From positions 32,001-96,000 of the forward strand of contig JAZNOU010000005.1 of assembly GCA_045589295.1 (NCBI GenBank): a stretch of 64,000 nt of DNA, given 5' to 3'. The DNA comes from Clostridia bacterium (GTDB lineage: Bacteria > Bacillota > Clostridia > RGIG6154). Position numbers and translations under genes: made by a program. Positions 1 to 8,486 of the stretch are shown here, one piece after another (the stretch's first letter is position 1; each line of letters begins with the position of its first letter). The notes under the pieces are model-generated. The model was not told the DNA's origin. It saw only the letters and a list, made by a program, of their open reading frames with translations, and searched no databases.

Positions 1-41
1 TAGAAAATATACTCTTATTGTTTTAAATCCTCATATTGCAT

Positions 42-78
42 AATAAATATCCACCCGCTATGCGGGTGGATATTTATT
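42..78. terminator. 17-bp-arm inverted repeat downstream of the aminotransferase; terminator or REP-like hairpin
   Basis: AATAAATATCCACCCGC-TAT-GCGGGTGGATATTTATT directly after the stop codon at 79. Confidence 0.75.
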
Positions 79-1554
79 CTAACGCTGTTTATAGTAACTT
101 AAAAAGTCAGCAAGATTCTTAATCGCATCCTCCAAAACTTCTACACGGGGCAAATACACCACACGGAAATGGTCAGGATCCTTCCAGTTAAAACCTCGGC
201 CGTTAATCAAGAGAATTTTCTTGTCACGAAGAAGGTCCAAAGCAAACTGTTCATCATTTGTAATATTAAATTTCTTTACATCAATTTTAGGGAAAATATA
301 AAATGCCGCTTTGGGCTTTACCGCCGAAATTCCGGGTATGTCATTAAGTGCCTTGTAAATATAATCCCTCTGCTCATAAATTCTTCCACCGGGAACAATG
401 TAGTTTTTCACACTTTGGTACCCGCCCAATGCCGTCTGTACAATCGACTGTGCCGGCACATTGGAACAAAGGCGCATATTTGAAAGCATATTAATCCCTT
501 GAATATAGTCTTTTGCTATTGCTTTATTGCCACTCAAAATCATCCATCCCACTCGGAACCCTGCAATCATATGAGATTTAGAAAGTCCGCTATAGGTTAC
601 ACAAAAGAGGTCCGGAGCTAAGGATGCAATTGATATATGTTCTTCGTCATCCATAACAAGACGGTCATAAATTTCATCCGAAAAGATAATTAACTGATTC
701 TCTCTCGCTACTTTTACAAGCTCTTCCAAAACTTCTCTGGGATAAAGAGCACCCGTTGGATTGTTAGGATTGATAATAACAATAGCCTTGGTGTTTCGTG
801 TAATTTTGCTGCGTATATCATTTATATCAGGATACCACTCTGACTGTTCGTCACATATGTAATGAACAGCCTTTCCACCAGCCAAAGTGGCACACGCGGT
901 CCAAAGCGGGTAGTCGGGCGAAGGAATTAACACCTCATCCCCATCATTTAAGAGCGCAGACATACTAAGGTTGATAAGCTCACTTACACCATTTCCTATA
1001 TAAATATCATCAATCGTAACATTAGGAATATTCTTATGTTGTACATACTGCATCACCGCTTTACGAGCAGAAAAAAGTCCTTTAGAATCAGAATATCCCT
1101 CACATTCGGTCAACTGACGGCGCATATCGTAAATCACTTCATCCGGTGCCTGAAAGCCAAAAGGTGCAGGATTTCCAATGTTTAATTTAAGAATCTGCGT
1201 GCCTTCTCCTTCCATTCTTGCAGCTTCTTCCACCACAGGCCCGCGCACATCATAAAGCACATTTTCCAGTTTTGTAGATTTTTTTATATAATGCATGGTA
1301 GTATCCCCCATATTATTATCATTCTTATTTAAGTCTTCCTTACCCAACAACCATTCTTCGCTTACATCAAGAGCTGTTGCTAAAAAACAAAGGGTCTCCT
1401 TGCGTGGTATGATTTTGCCGGAAAGGTATTGAGAAATATGGCTTTTGCCCATTTTAATACCCTGCCCCTGTGCTATACGCACCAGTTCAATTTGTTTTAA
1501 CCCTTTTTTATGGATTGCCCACTGCAACCGTTTGCAAAAAATTGAACTTTCCAT
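79..1554 (-). CDS. alaA: XRE-family HTH domain fused to an AlaA-type PLP-dependent alanine aminotransferase (class I/II)
   Basis: N-terminal ~70 aa HTH (KSHISQYLSGKIIPR...LATALDVSEEWLLG); then YDVRGPV, LNIGNPAPFGF, INPNNPTGA, SDEIYD and the PLP lysine in GLSKSH. Confidence 0.9.
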   Translation of the reverse strand: MESSIFCKRLQWAIHKKGLKQIELVRIAQGQGIKMGKSHISQYLSGKIIPRKETLCFLATALDVSEEWLLGKEDLNKNDNNMGDTTMHYIKKSTKLENVLYDVRGPVVEEAARMEGEGTQILKLNIGNPAPFGFQAPDEVIYDMRRQLTECEGYSDSKGLFSARKAVMQYVQHKNIPNVTIDDIYIGNGVSELINLSMSALLNDGDEVLIPSPDYPLWTACATLAGGKAVHYICDEQSEWYPDINDIRSKITRNTKAIVIINPNNPTGALYPREVLEELVKVARENQLIIFSDEIYDRLVMDDEEHISIASLAPDLFCVTYSGLSKSHMIAGFRVGWMILSGNKAIAKDYIQGINMLSNMRLCSNVPAQSIVQTALGGYQSVKNYIVPGGRIYEQRDYIYKALNDIPGISAVKPKAAFYIFPKIDVKKFNITNDEQFALDLLRDKKILLINGRGFNWKDPDHFRVVYLPRVEVLEDAIKNLADFLSYYKQR

Positions 1555-1588
1555 AATATTTCTCCTTAAAAGTTAATTTTATACCACT

Positions 1589-1618
1589 ATTATACTCCCG
1601 CTTTTTATATTTTGTCAA
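1589..1618 (-). promoter_or_regulatory. sigma-A promoter of the HTH-alaA gene
   Basis: TTGACA (1618-1613), N18, TATAAT (1594-1589) on the minus strand; AAGGAG RBS before the ATG. Confidence 0.75.
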
Positions 1619-1635
1619 GATTCTCTTAATTATTT

Positions 1636-1659
1636 TTGAACTTTTTTAAAAAAGTTCAA
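1636..1659. promoter_or_regulatory. perfect 24-bp palindrome, candidate operator
   Basis: TTGAACTTTTTTAAAAAAGTTCAA, 17 bp upstream of the -35 box. Confidence 0.55.
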
Positions 1660-1828
1660 TTTTCACCTTGGATGTTTGATAACCACAAGAAATAGTTTTT
1701 CTTTTTTATAATAAGTTTAAAAATACACATACAACGAATTACTGGTCAATGAAATTTTCTATATTTGCTTCCTCATTTTGTGATAGTTTTGTCAATATTT
1801 CAAGGGTTTATAAAGCATACTTTTGTGT

Positions 1829-2020
1829 TGGGTGCAGGGGCCGGATTTGAACCGACGCCGGAGTGTTAAGAAAACAGTTCGGTGGACTGTTTTTAGCATA
1901 GGATTGCAAAATGCGAGAGCATTTTGTTAATAAAAGAAAACACAATGTGTTTTTTCAATAATTATTCCGCCCGCCGGTCTCATAACCCGGAAGACAACAA
2001 TTTAAGTCGGACTCCGCTAT
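1829..2020. repeat. tRNA-fMet-derived composite element: two divergent tRNA 3'-half remnants around stacked hairpins
   Basis: minus 1857-1829 reads CGTCGGTTCAAATCCGGCCCCTGCACCCA (T-arm plus acceptor 3' strand); plus 1974-1990 reads CCGGTCTCATAACCCGG (CAT anticodon arm) followed by a decayed T-arm; hairpins at 1871-1894, 1906-1927 and ~1937-1953. Confidence 0.65.
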
Positions 2021-2022
2021 AC

Positions 2023-2060
2023 AAATCAAAAAGGACACCTAAAGGTGTCCTTTTTGATTT
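2023..2060. terminator. bidirectional intrinsic terminator after tRNA-Ser
   Basis: AAATCAAAAAGGACACCT-AA-AGGTGTCCTTTTTGATTT. Confidence 0.85.
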
Positions 2061-2151
2061 GGAGGAGAGGATGGGATTCGAACCCACGAAGCAGTTTAGC
2101 TGCTTACAGCATTTCCAATGCTGCGCCTTCGACCAACTCGGCCACCTCTCC
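2060..2151 (-). tRNA. tRNA-Ser (GGA)
   Basis: GGAGAGG...CAGCA-TTGGAAA-TGCTG anticodon arm, long variable arm, GTTCGAATC, CCTCTCC-T-CCA; TTGAGA-N17-TATACT promoter upstream. Confidence 0.96.
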
Positions 2152-2200
2152 GCTTAAACTACTACAGTATACTATAGTTTTAAAAAAATCTCAAGTATTT

Positions 2201-2908
2201 TTAGCTAAATTTTAAAAGGTTTTGGGCATTGCTTTGCAACTCTTCAAAATAATCTTTACCAAATTTACGATTAATCTTACTTACTGCCTTATCCATATTA
2301 GACTTACGTTCATCTAAATTATGCATATCGGAACCTATAACATCAACAACACCTTTTTTCACAAGTTGCTTGACAGCCTTATAATAGTATTTATCTAAAA
2401 ATGAATCAGCATTAGCCTGGACAAAAAGTTCTAGCGAAAGTAATTTTTCAAAAGATTTAAGCACTTTTTTATCTGTGCAAAATCTTTCAAAATGAGCAAG
2501 CACCGGAACAAGTCTACACCTTGCAATTATTTCATAAACCGCATATGTAATCCACTCTGAGTTATCCCTGTACGGAAGCTCTATTAAAATCGTATTTGTA
2601 TCACCTATACATAACTTTTCAATGCCCTCAATTTTAGGTGTGTCAAGTGTAAGAGCAACCTCTGCACCTAAAACTATTTCAGGAATTTTTTCACAGTTTT
2701 TTTCGCATGCTTTCATTAAGTCAAGATATGCTTTCTCGCGCTTTGTCAAAAACTCATCAACACTTTCCGAATCTCCGTGAAAATGAGGCGTTGCCACTAC
2801 AGTAGTTACACCTTGACTATAAAGCATCCCAAGCATTGAAAGTGAAGTTTCAACGCAATCTGCTCCATCATCAATTCCAGGTAAAATATGTGAATGAAAA
2901 TCTATCAT
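2201..2908 (-). CDS. cpsB: CpsB/CapC-family PHP tyrosine-protein phosphatase
   Basis: MIDFHSHILPGIDDGA, TPHF, LIELP, AHFER, GSDMHN. Confidence 0.92.
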   Translation of the reverse strand: MIDFHSHILPGIDDGADCVETSLSMLGMLYSQGVTTVVATPHFHGDSESVDEFLTKREKAYLDLMKACEKNCEKIPEIVLGAEVALTLDTPKIEGIEKLCIGDTNTILIELPYRDNSEWITYAVYEIIARCRLVPVLAHFERFCTDKKVLKSFEKLLSLELFVQANADSFLDKYYYKAVKQLVKKGVVDVIGSDMHNLDERKSNMDKAVSKINRKFGKDYFEELQSNAQNLLKFS

Positions 2909-2910
2909 AT

Positions 2911-3720
2911 CTATTTATCCGAATTATGTTCGTTAACATTATAATAATAGTAGCCGTATTTACCATACGCACCATATCCGCGTCTTGAATAATACTTACC
3001 CTTGTAAATACCGTATCTGTTTTTAGAATTATCAACACCATTTAATACGATACCAATAATTTTTGAGTTTGTAAACTTAATACTCTCAATTGCCAGATCA
3101 AGCATTGATTTGGGGGTATATTTAACTCGTGCAACCAAAAGAACACCATCACTTAAGGAAGATACTGTAAGTGTATCAGAGACAATTGAAACCGGTGGCG
3201 AATCTATAAATATATAATCATAGTTTTGCTTTAATTCATCAATCATATTAACAAATACAGACGAACTGATAAGTTCTGATGGATTTGGAGGAACACTTCC
3301 TGCTGTAATACAATCAAAACCTAATTTAGTTTTTATTATAACATTTTTAAGTTCGGCAAATCCGCCCAAAACTCCTGAAAGTCCCTCGTTATTATCAATT
3401 TCTAAATATTTATGTATTTTAGGTTTTCTTAAATCTCCGTCTACAATTAAAACTTTAGAACCAATCTGTGAAAATGTTACTGCTGCATTAAGAGCAGTTG
3501 TTGTCTTTCCGTCACCAGGAATAGCACTTGTAACAACAACTGCTTTAGGATTACCATCGTTTTTAAGCGAAAACATAATATTAGTTCTTAATGTTTTATA
3601 TGCTTCTCTTGCAGAAAATTCTGTATTTTTATCAATTACTGCACTTTCCCTTTTCTGTTGATGTCTTTTAATTTTTTTAAGTCTTAATAAATTACGAACA
3701 CCTAACTTACTTTTCTTCAT
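2911..3720 (-). CDS. cpsD: CpsD/CapB-family BY tyrosine kinase
   Basis: EAYKTLRTN, Walker A PGDGKTT, A' IVDGDLRKP, B IFIDSPP, C-terminal Tyr cluster. Confidence 0.93.
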   Translation of the reverse strand: MKKSKLGVRNLLRLKKIKRHQQKRESAVIDKNTEFSAREAYKTLRTNIMFSLKNDGNPKAVVVTSAIPGDGKTTTALNAAVTFSQIGSKVLIVDGDLRKPKIHKYLEIDNNEGLSGVLGGFAELKNVIIKTKLGFDCITAGSVPPNPSELISSSVFVNMIDELKQNYDYIFIDSPPVSIVSDTLTVSSLSDGVLLVARVKYTPKSMLDLAIESIKFTNSKIIGIVLNGVDNSKNRYGIYKGKYYSRRGYGAYGKYGYYYYNVNEHNSDK

Positions 3721-3739
3721 ACAAATTCCCTCTTTTATC

Positions 3740-4477
3740 TTATAAATACTCTTTTATATACTGTGTTTTTTTTAGCTGTTTTTCTTCCTTGTACTGCTTA
3801 CGAATTGTTTCAACAACAGATGTATCAGCACCTATTTCTTTAAGTCCTTGTGACAATGTAGTCAAAACTGTCTCAACTTTTGCATCACATTCCTTTTCTG
3901 CCTGAACAAACTGTGGCATAAGGTAATCAGCAATTTTAAGTTTATTTTCCATTGTCATATTTTTCCCGTTATCTGCAATATACATTCGCTTGCCTTCACG
4001 TTCAAGATCGGCAAGTCTTTTTGTAAAACCGGCCTTTAGTGTGTACATTTCTTTGACAGCCGCTTGCAGTAGTTCTTTTTGTTTAGCACTTTTCTCATCT
4101 TTCTGATTTGGTTCAGTAGGATTTTGTTGTCCCTGAATTTGTTGATTTTCAGATGTTTTAACATTTTCCCCCTGCTCAGGTTCTTCTTCAAACAACTTGT
4201 CTACCGCTTCTTCAACAGTAATCTCACCTTTGGCAATTTTTTCTTCATCTTCTTTCGAAAATCCGTCAATTACCTTTTGGTCAAAAATCTGTTCATTTTC
4301 AATAATTTCCGAGAATTTTTTCTTGTTTTCTGCTATCCTCTCTTCAAGTTTTGTCTCATCAGCAGTGATACCAGTATAAATTGCCATTATATTATCCCAC
4401 TGCCAAACAAGAAGAATGGTAGTAATTACAACAAAAAAAATCAAAATACTAAGAATTATTTTCCAAGCTTTTTTCAT
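3740..4477 (-). CDS. hypothetical membrane-anchored, largely helical/coiled-coil protein
   Basis: single N-terminal hydrophobic helix, E/K/Q-rich remainder; translationally coupled within the cluster. Confidence 0.75.
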   Translation of the reverse strand: MKKAWKIILSILIFFVVITTILLVWQWDNIMAIYTGITADETKLEERIAENKKKFSEIIENEQIFDQKVIDGFSKEDEEKIAKGEITVEEAVDKLFEEEPEQGENVKTSENQQIQGQQNPTEPNQKDEKSAKQKELLQAAVKEMYTLKAGFTKRLADLEREGKRMYIADNGKNMTMENKLKIADYLMPQFVQAEKECDAKVETVLTTLSQGLKEIGADTSVVETIRKQYKEEKQLKKTQYIKEYL

Positions 4478-4480
4478 ATA

Positions 4481-5221
4481 TTACTCCTTATCTTTAAAGA
4501 GCTTCCCTATTTCTTTATATGCTTGCGGTGTTCCTATATCGTAGCACTCACCCGCAAAAGAGTAAGCATAAACATCCTTTCTTTCACAAAGCCACGAAGG
4601 GAAAAAACCTGGTGCATCAGGATTATTTCCTTCATCAATATATTGCTTAATCATAGGAACAGTATCTTTTGTGTAAAAATATGATGCAAATGCAGCCGTA
4701 TCCGAAATCGGAATCGCCGGTTTCTCAACCATTTTTATAACTCTGCTGTTTTCATCCATAACAACATTTGCCATACGCTTTAAGTCTTCATGATTTTCGA
4801 TTTTGCTAACCAAAATCATATCTTTATTTTTTGTTTTAAATTCATTGTAAAAGTCAATCAAGTCAAATGTGAAAATGTTGTCACTTGCCATAATAAGAAT
4901 ATCATCATTAACACACGCATTTTCAATTACAAACTGAACATCTCCGATTGCTCCGAGCTTATTTGTATCATCAGTAGTATTATCATTTATCACGGTAATT
5001 TTGACATCACTTTTTGCCTGATTGTTCCATTCACAAAACTGGTCATAAAATCTGTCATTTGTAACAATTAAAATTTCGTCAATTTCAGAAATTGTTTTTA
5101 TTTCATTTACTACAAAATCGAGTATTGTCTGCTTCCCAATCGTAAGCAGAGCCTTCGGTTTATTAATAGTAAGAGGATATAATCTTGTTGCATATCCTGC
5201 TGCAAGAATTATTGCTTTCAT
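4481..5221 (-). CDS. sugar-phosphate nucleotidyltransferase family protein
   Basis: MKAIILAAGYATRLYPLT...PKALL, EKP, YDIGT; AAGGAG RBS supports a start at 5221. Confidence 0.88.
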   Translation of the reverse strand: MKAIILAAGYATRLYPLTINKPKALLTIGKQTILDFVVNEIKTISEIDEILIVTNDRFYDQFCEWNNQAKSDVKITVINDNTTDDTNKLGAIGDVQFVIENACVNDDILIMASDNIFTFDLIDFYNEFKTKNKDMILVSKIENHEDLKRMANVVMDENSRVIKMVEKPAIPISDTAAFASYFYTKDTVPMIKQYIDEGNNPDAPGFFPSWLCERKDVYAYSFAGECYDIGTPQAYKEIGKLFKDKE

Positions 5222-5234
5222 TTTTTTCTCCTTA

Positions 5235-7136
5235 TTACGCCCCTTTTGCGTTTGAGTTATCAATAGCATTCACGGGGTGATATGTGGTAACATATTTTTG
5301 AAGTACCTGTCTTATCTCTTCATAGTCATTATTTTCAATTGCTTTTTCAAACAGTTCAAATGACTCCTTGATTGCATTCAAATCACTAAACATTGATTCT
5401 TCGATAAAAATTCTCGAATTATCTGTTTTTTTAGATGTTTCGGTATTTTTAATCAAAAGCTCTTCATACAGCTTTTCACCAGGGCGAAGTCCTGTTATTT
5501 CGATTTTGATATCAACATCAGGCTTGTACCCTGCAAGCTTAATCATATTATATGCCAAATCATAAATTTTTACCGGCCTTCCCATATCAAGAACAAAAAT
5601 TTCTCCGCCGTTTGCATAATATGATGCCTGAAGCACAAGTTGTGCCGCTTCAGGAATAGTCATAAAGTACCTGGTTATATCTTTGTGTGTAACAGTAATC
5701 GGTCCACCTTTTTCTATCTGCCTTTTGAACAAAGGAACAACCGAACCGTTTGAACCTAAAACATTTCCAAACCTTACTGCCACATACTCGGTTTTACTTA
5801 CCGGCTGAAGTGACTGTATAATCATTTCACAAAATCTCTTTGTTGCACCCATAACGTTTGTAGGATTAACCGCTTTATCTGTAGAAATCATTACAAATTT
5901 TTCAACACTGTATTTGTTTGCCGCAGTTGCTACATTATAAGTACCAAAAATATTATTTTTTATTGCCTCGCAAGGATTATACTCCATCAAAGGAACATGC
6001 TTATGTGCTGCTGCGTGAAAAATAATTTTGGGTTTATATAGTTCAACAACTTCGTCAATTCTTTTTTTATCTCGGATTGATGCAATAACAACTGACACAT
6101 TAAGCCATGTATACTTTTCAGCCAACTCATTCTGCAGGTCATATGCGTTGTTTTCATATATATCAAGTACAACTATTCTTTTGGGGTTGTATCTTGCAAT
6201 CTGTCTGCAAAGTTCGCTGCCAATTGAACCGCCGCCACCTGTAACTAAAATTGTTTCCCCTTCAATGTCTGAAGCAATTTCACGGTCATTAAGAACAATA
6301 GGATCGCGTGAAAGAAGATCTTCAATTTCAATTTCCTTTGTTTTGCTGTATGAAATATCACTCGCATCTATAAGCTGGTCAATATTTGGCAAAACCTTTA
6401 CACGGCATGCAGTTTTATTACATATTTCAATAAGCTCAGAAAGACTTTCGCGCTCAAGCGAAGGAATAGCTATAATAATTTCATCGACATGTTCTTTATC
6501 GCATATTTTGTATATATCTTTTCTTCCGCCTAAAACTGTATAATTAAATATAGTTTGTCCGATTTTCTCGCTGTTATCATCAATAATACCAACAATTCTG
6601 TATTTAAAAGTTGTGTTATTGATAATGTCGTTGATGATTATTCCGCCTGCCTGACCTGCACCTATAACCAAGATGTCTTTCACATCATCATTTTTTGCAG
6701 TTATGTATCTTCTTGCGTATAAAACAAGAATTTTAACCGACACCCTTGAAAACAACACAAAGGATATGTAGCACAACGCAAAAATAGCAAGTGTTCTTAT
6801 TGATAAGATTTTACCCTTGAGCATAATCGAAAGACCAAACATACCCAAAACTGTAAATAACGAACAGCTAAGAGTTACTACATAATCAAAAACACTTGCA
6901 TTATACCAAAATCTTTTATATGCATCAAACACTACAAAAATCACAATATGCAAGCATACACCAACAAACGCAGTCCATTCTAGTCTGCGAAAGACAACAG
7001 GCGAAATTGCAAAATTTTCACTTGATAACACAGATGCCACAACCAAAGATGCAATAATAATTATAAAATCTACTAAAGGAAATACAATATGATGTTTTTT
7101 ATTACTAATCAGAACGCACCCCATCTCTTTTTTCAT
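5235..7136 (-). CDS. capD: CapD/PglF-family membrane nucleoside-diphosphate sugar 4,6-dehydratase
   Basis: four N-terminal TM helices, GAGQAG, TGGGGSIGSEL, FHAAAHKHVP, STDKAVNPTNVMGATK, GLRPGEKLYEEL. Confidence 0.92.
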   Translation of the reverse strand: MKKEMGCVLISNKKHHIVFPLVDFIIIIASLVVASVLSSENFAISPVVFRRLEWTAFVGVCLHIVIFVVFDAYKRFWYNASVFDYVVTLSCSLFTVLGMFGLSIMLKGKILSIRTLAIFALCYISFVLFSRVSVKILVLYARRYITAKNDDVKDILVIGAGQAGGIIINDIINNTTFKYRIVGIIDDNSEKIGQTIFNYTVLGGRKDIYKICDKEHVDEIIIAIPSLERESLSELIEICNKTACRVKVLPNIDQLIDASDISYSKTKEIEIEDLLSRDPIVLNDREIASDIEGETILVTGGGGSIGSELCRQIARYNPKRIVVLDIYENNAYDLQNELAEKYTWLNVSVVIASIRDKKRIDEVVELYKPKIIFHAAAHKHVPLMEYNPCEAIKNNIFGTYNVATAANKYSVEKFVMISTDKAVNPTNVMGATKRFCEMIIQSLQPVSKTEYVAVRFGNVLGSNGSVVPLFKRQIEKGGPITVTHKDITRYFMTIPEAAQLVLQASYYANGGEIFVLDMGRPVKIYDLAYNMIKLAGYKPDVDIKIEITGLRPGEKLYEELLIKNTETSKKTDNSRIFIEESMFSDLNAIKESFELFEKAIENNDYEEIRQVLQKYVTTYHPVNAIDNSNAKGA

Positions 7137-7203
7137 AATATAAAGTAATTATATCATTTCAACCTCAAAATGTCAATTGTAACAAATTGCAGCATTTTAC
7201 ATA

Positions 7204-7794
7204 TTACTGTTTTTTTCCTTCAACAAAGTAAGTTGCCTCCATATCTGCACAAGAAAGCGCAAAAGCAAGCGGGAACATTTCAAACGCACTACCTACATTT
7301 CTCACATCGTCAGTCTGAGAAGAAAAGCCCATATGGTATCTTATCGCAAACGCCTCTTCCCTGGTAAGTTTCATAAAGCCAGTTATAATATAAACAGATT
7401 TCTCTCCGTGTCCGTATGGCAAATTATCGCAAAACTCGTATGTAGGAACGCTTTTCCACACCCCATCAGGACCTTTTACATTTCTTGTCCCCTCTTTATA
7501 ACAATCCACTTTGCACAAATCATGAAGTAACGAAACAATAGCAATGCTTTCCTCAGTATAATTCATACCGTAAAGCTCTTTTACTCTTTCACGCGACAAA
7601 TAATCATTAAGACAATCATACACATTAAGACTGTGTTCTAAAAGTCCTCCTTTATATGAACCGTGAAATCTTGCACTGGCAGGTGCAGTAAAAAAGTCGC
7701 TTGACGGAGAAAGCAAATATTCCAAAAGCTTATCTGCACCCTCACGTGTTATTTTTTCTTTATAAATTGATAAAAATCTTTCTTTCAAATCCAT
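7204..7794 (-). CDS. HD-domain phosphohydrolase (YhaM-like HD domain only)
   Basis: APAS.RFHG..GGLLEHS, LLHDLCK, GHGEKS, IRYHMG; start uncertain (7794 or 7806). Confidence 0.85.
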   Translation of the reverse strand: MDLKERFLSIYKEKITREGADKLLEYLLSPSSDFFTAPASARFHGSYKGGLLEHSLNVYDCLNDYLSRERVKELYGMNYTEESIAIVSLLHDLCKVDCYKEGTRNVKGPDGVWKSVPTYEFCDNLPYGHGEKSVYIITGFMKLTREEAFAIRYHMGFSSQTDDVRNVGSAFEMFPLAFALSCADMEATYFVEGKKQ

Positions 7795-7795
7795 A

Positions 7796-8344
7796 CTATC
7801 TTTCATTTCCTTTATAATTTGCTCTTGGTCCGCCAATATATTTTGGACGAGTTCTTGCCGCCGAAACTATGGCATCACCTATTCTCTTAACTGAAAGTCT
7901 TACAGGAACCGCAACATCTTTAAGATGCATTCCTATCATGGTAAGACCAATATCAATTCCTAAATCTGCTTTTATATATTCAACTGCCACCGGGTCGGTA
8001 AAACCACTGTATGCTGCTGTTGCAAACGAGCCTCCCGCTTTGGGTACAGGCATTACATTTACAATTTCAAGTCCTTTTTTCTCTGCAAGCTCACGTTCTA
8101 CAATTAATGCTCTGTTTAAATGCTCGCAACACTGAGCAGCGACATAAACCCCGTTTTTATTTGCAATTTCTTTAATTGCAGAAAAAACTTCATATGCCAC
8201 TTCAGGTCTGGAATCAGAACCTATTTTTTGTCCGCTAATTTCGCTTGATGAACAACCTACTACAAGAATCTGTCCTTTTTTCACACATGATATTTCAAAC
8301 AGCTCTTTTATTGCGGATTTTGTTTGTTTTTTAAGTTCTTCCAA
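7796..8344 (-). CDS. TIGR01440/YwlG (UPF0340) family protein
   Basis: VVGCSSSE, AQCCEHLNRAL, GIDIG.T.IGMHL, RTRPKYIGGPRA; TTG start with AAGGAG RBS. Confidence 0.9.
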   Translation of the reverse strand: MEELKKQTKSAIKELFEISCVKKGQILVVGCSSSEISGQKIGSDSRPEVAYEVFSAIKEIANKNGVYVAAQCCEHLNRALIVERELAEKKGLEIVNVMPVPKAGGSFATAAYSGFTDPVAVEYIKADLGIDIGLTMIGMHLKDVAVPVRLSVKRIGDAIVSAARTRPKYIGGPRANYKGNER

Positions 8345-8415
8345 CGCAAAAACTCCTTTTCTCCAAACTATATATATTATATCAGTATTAAAGGCAAATG
8401 TCAAAACATATTTCT

Positions 8416-8444
8416 CACCAAAATTCTCTTTTTTTCATAGTATG
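8416..8444 (+). promoter_or_regulatory. sigma-K-type promoter
   Basis: CACC-N16-CATAGTATG. Confidence 0.55.
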
Positions 8445-8486
8445 ATATTGGATGAATATCCAATATTTTTAAAAGGAGCTTTATAA

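Noticed and set aside
1636-1659. LexA/SOS box
   Set aside because: GAAC and GTTC are 12 nt apart, not 4
1960-2022. Functional tRNA-Met on the plus strand
   Set aside because: Only the anticodon arm is recognisable; no D-arm or 5' acceptor strand, and the T-loop and CCA are decayed
2060-2063. U73 discriminator on tRNA-Ser instead of G73
   Set aside because: Seen in other Firmicute tRNA-Ser genes; SerRS relies mainly on the variable arm
1924-2157. 77-aa plus-strand ORF
   Set aside because: Antisense to tRNA-Ser and runs across its terminator; no RBS
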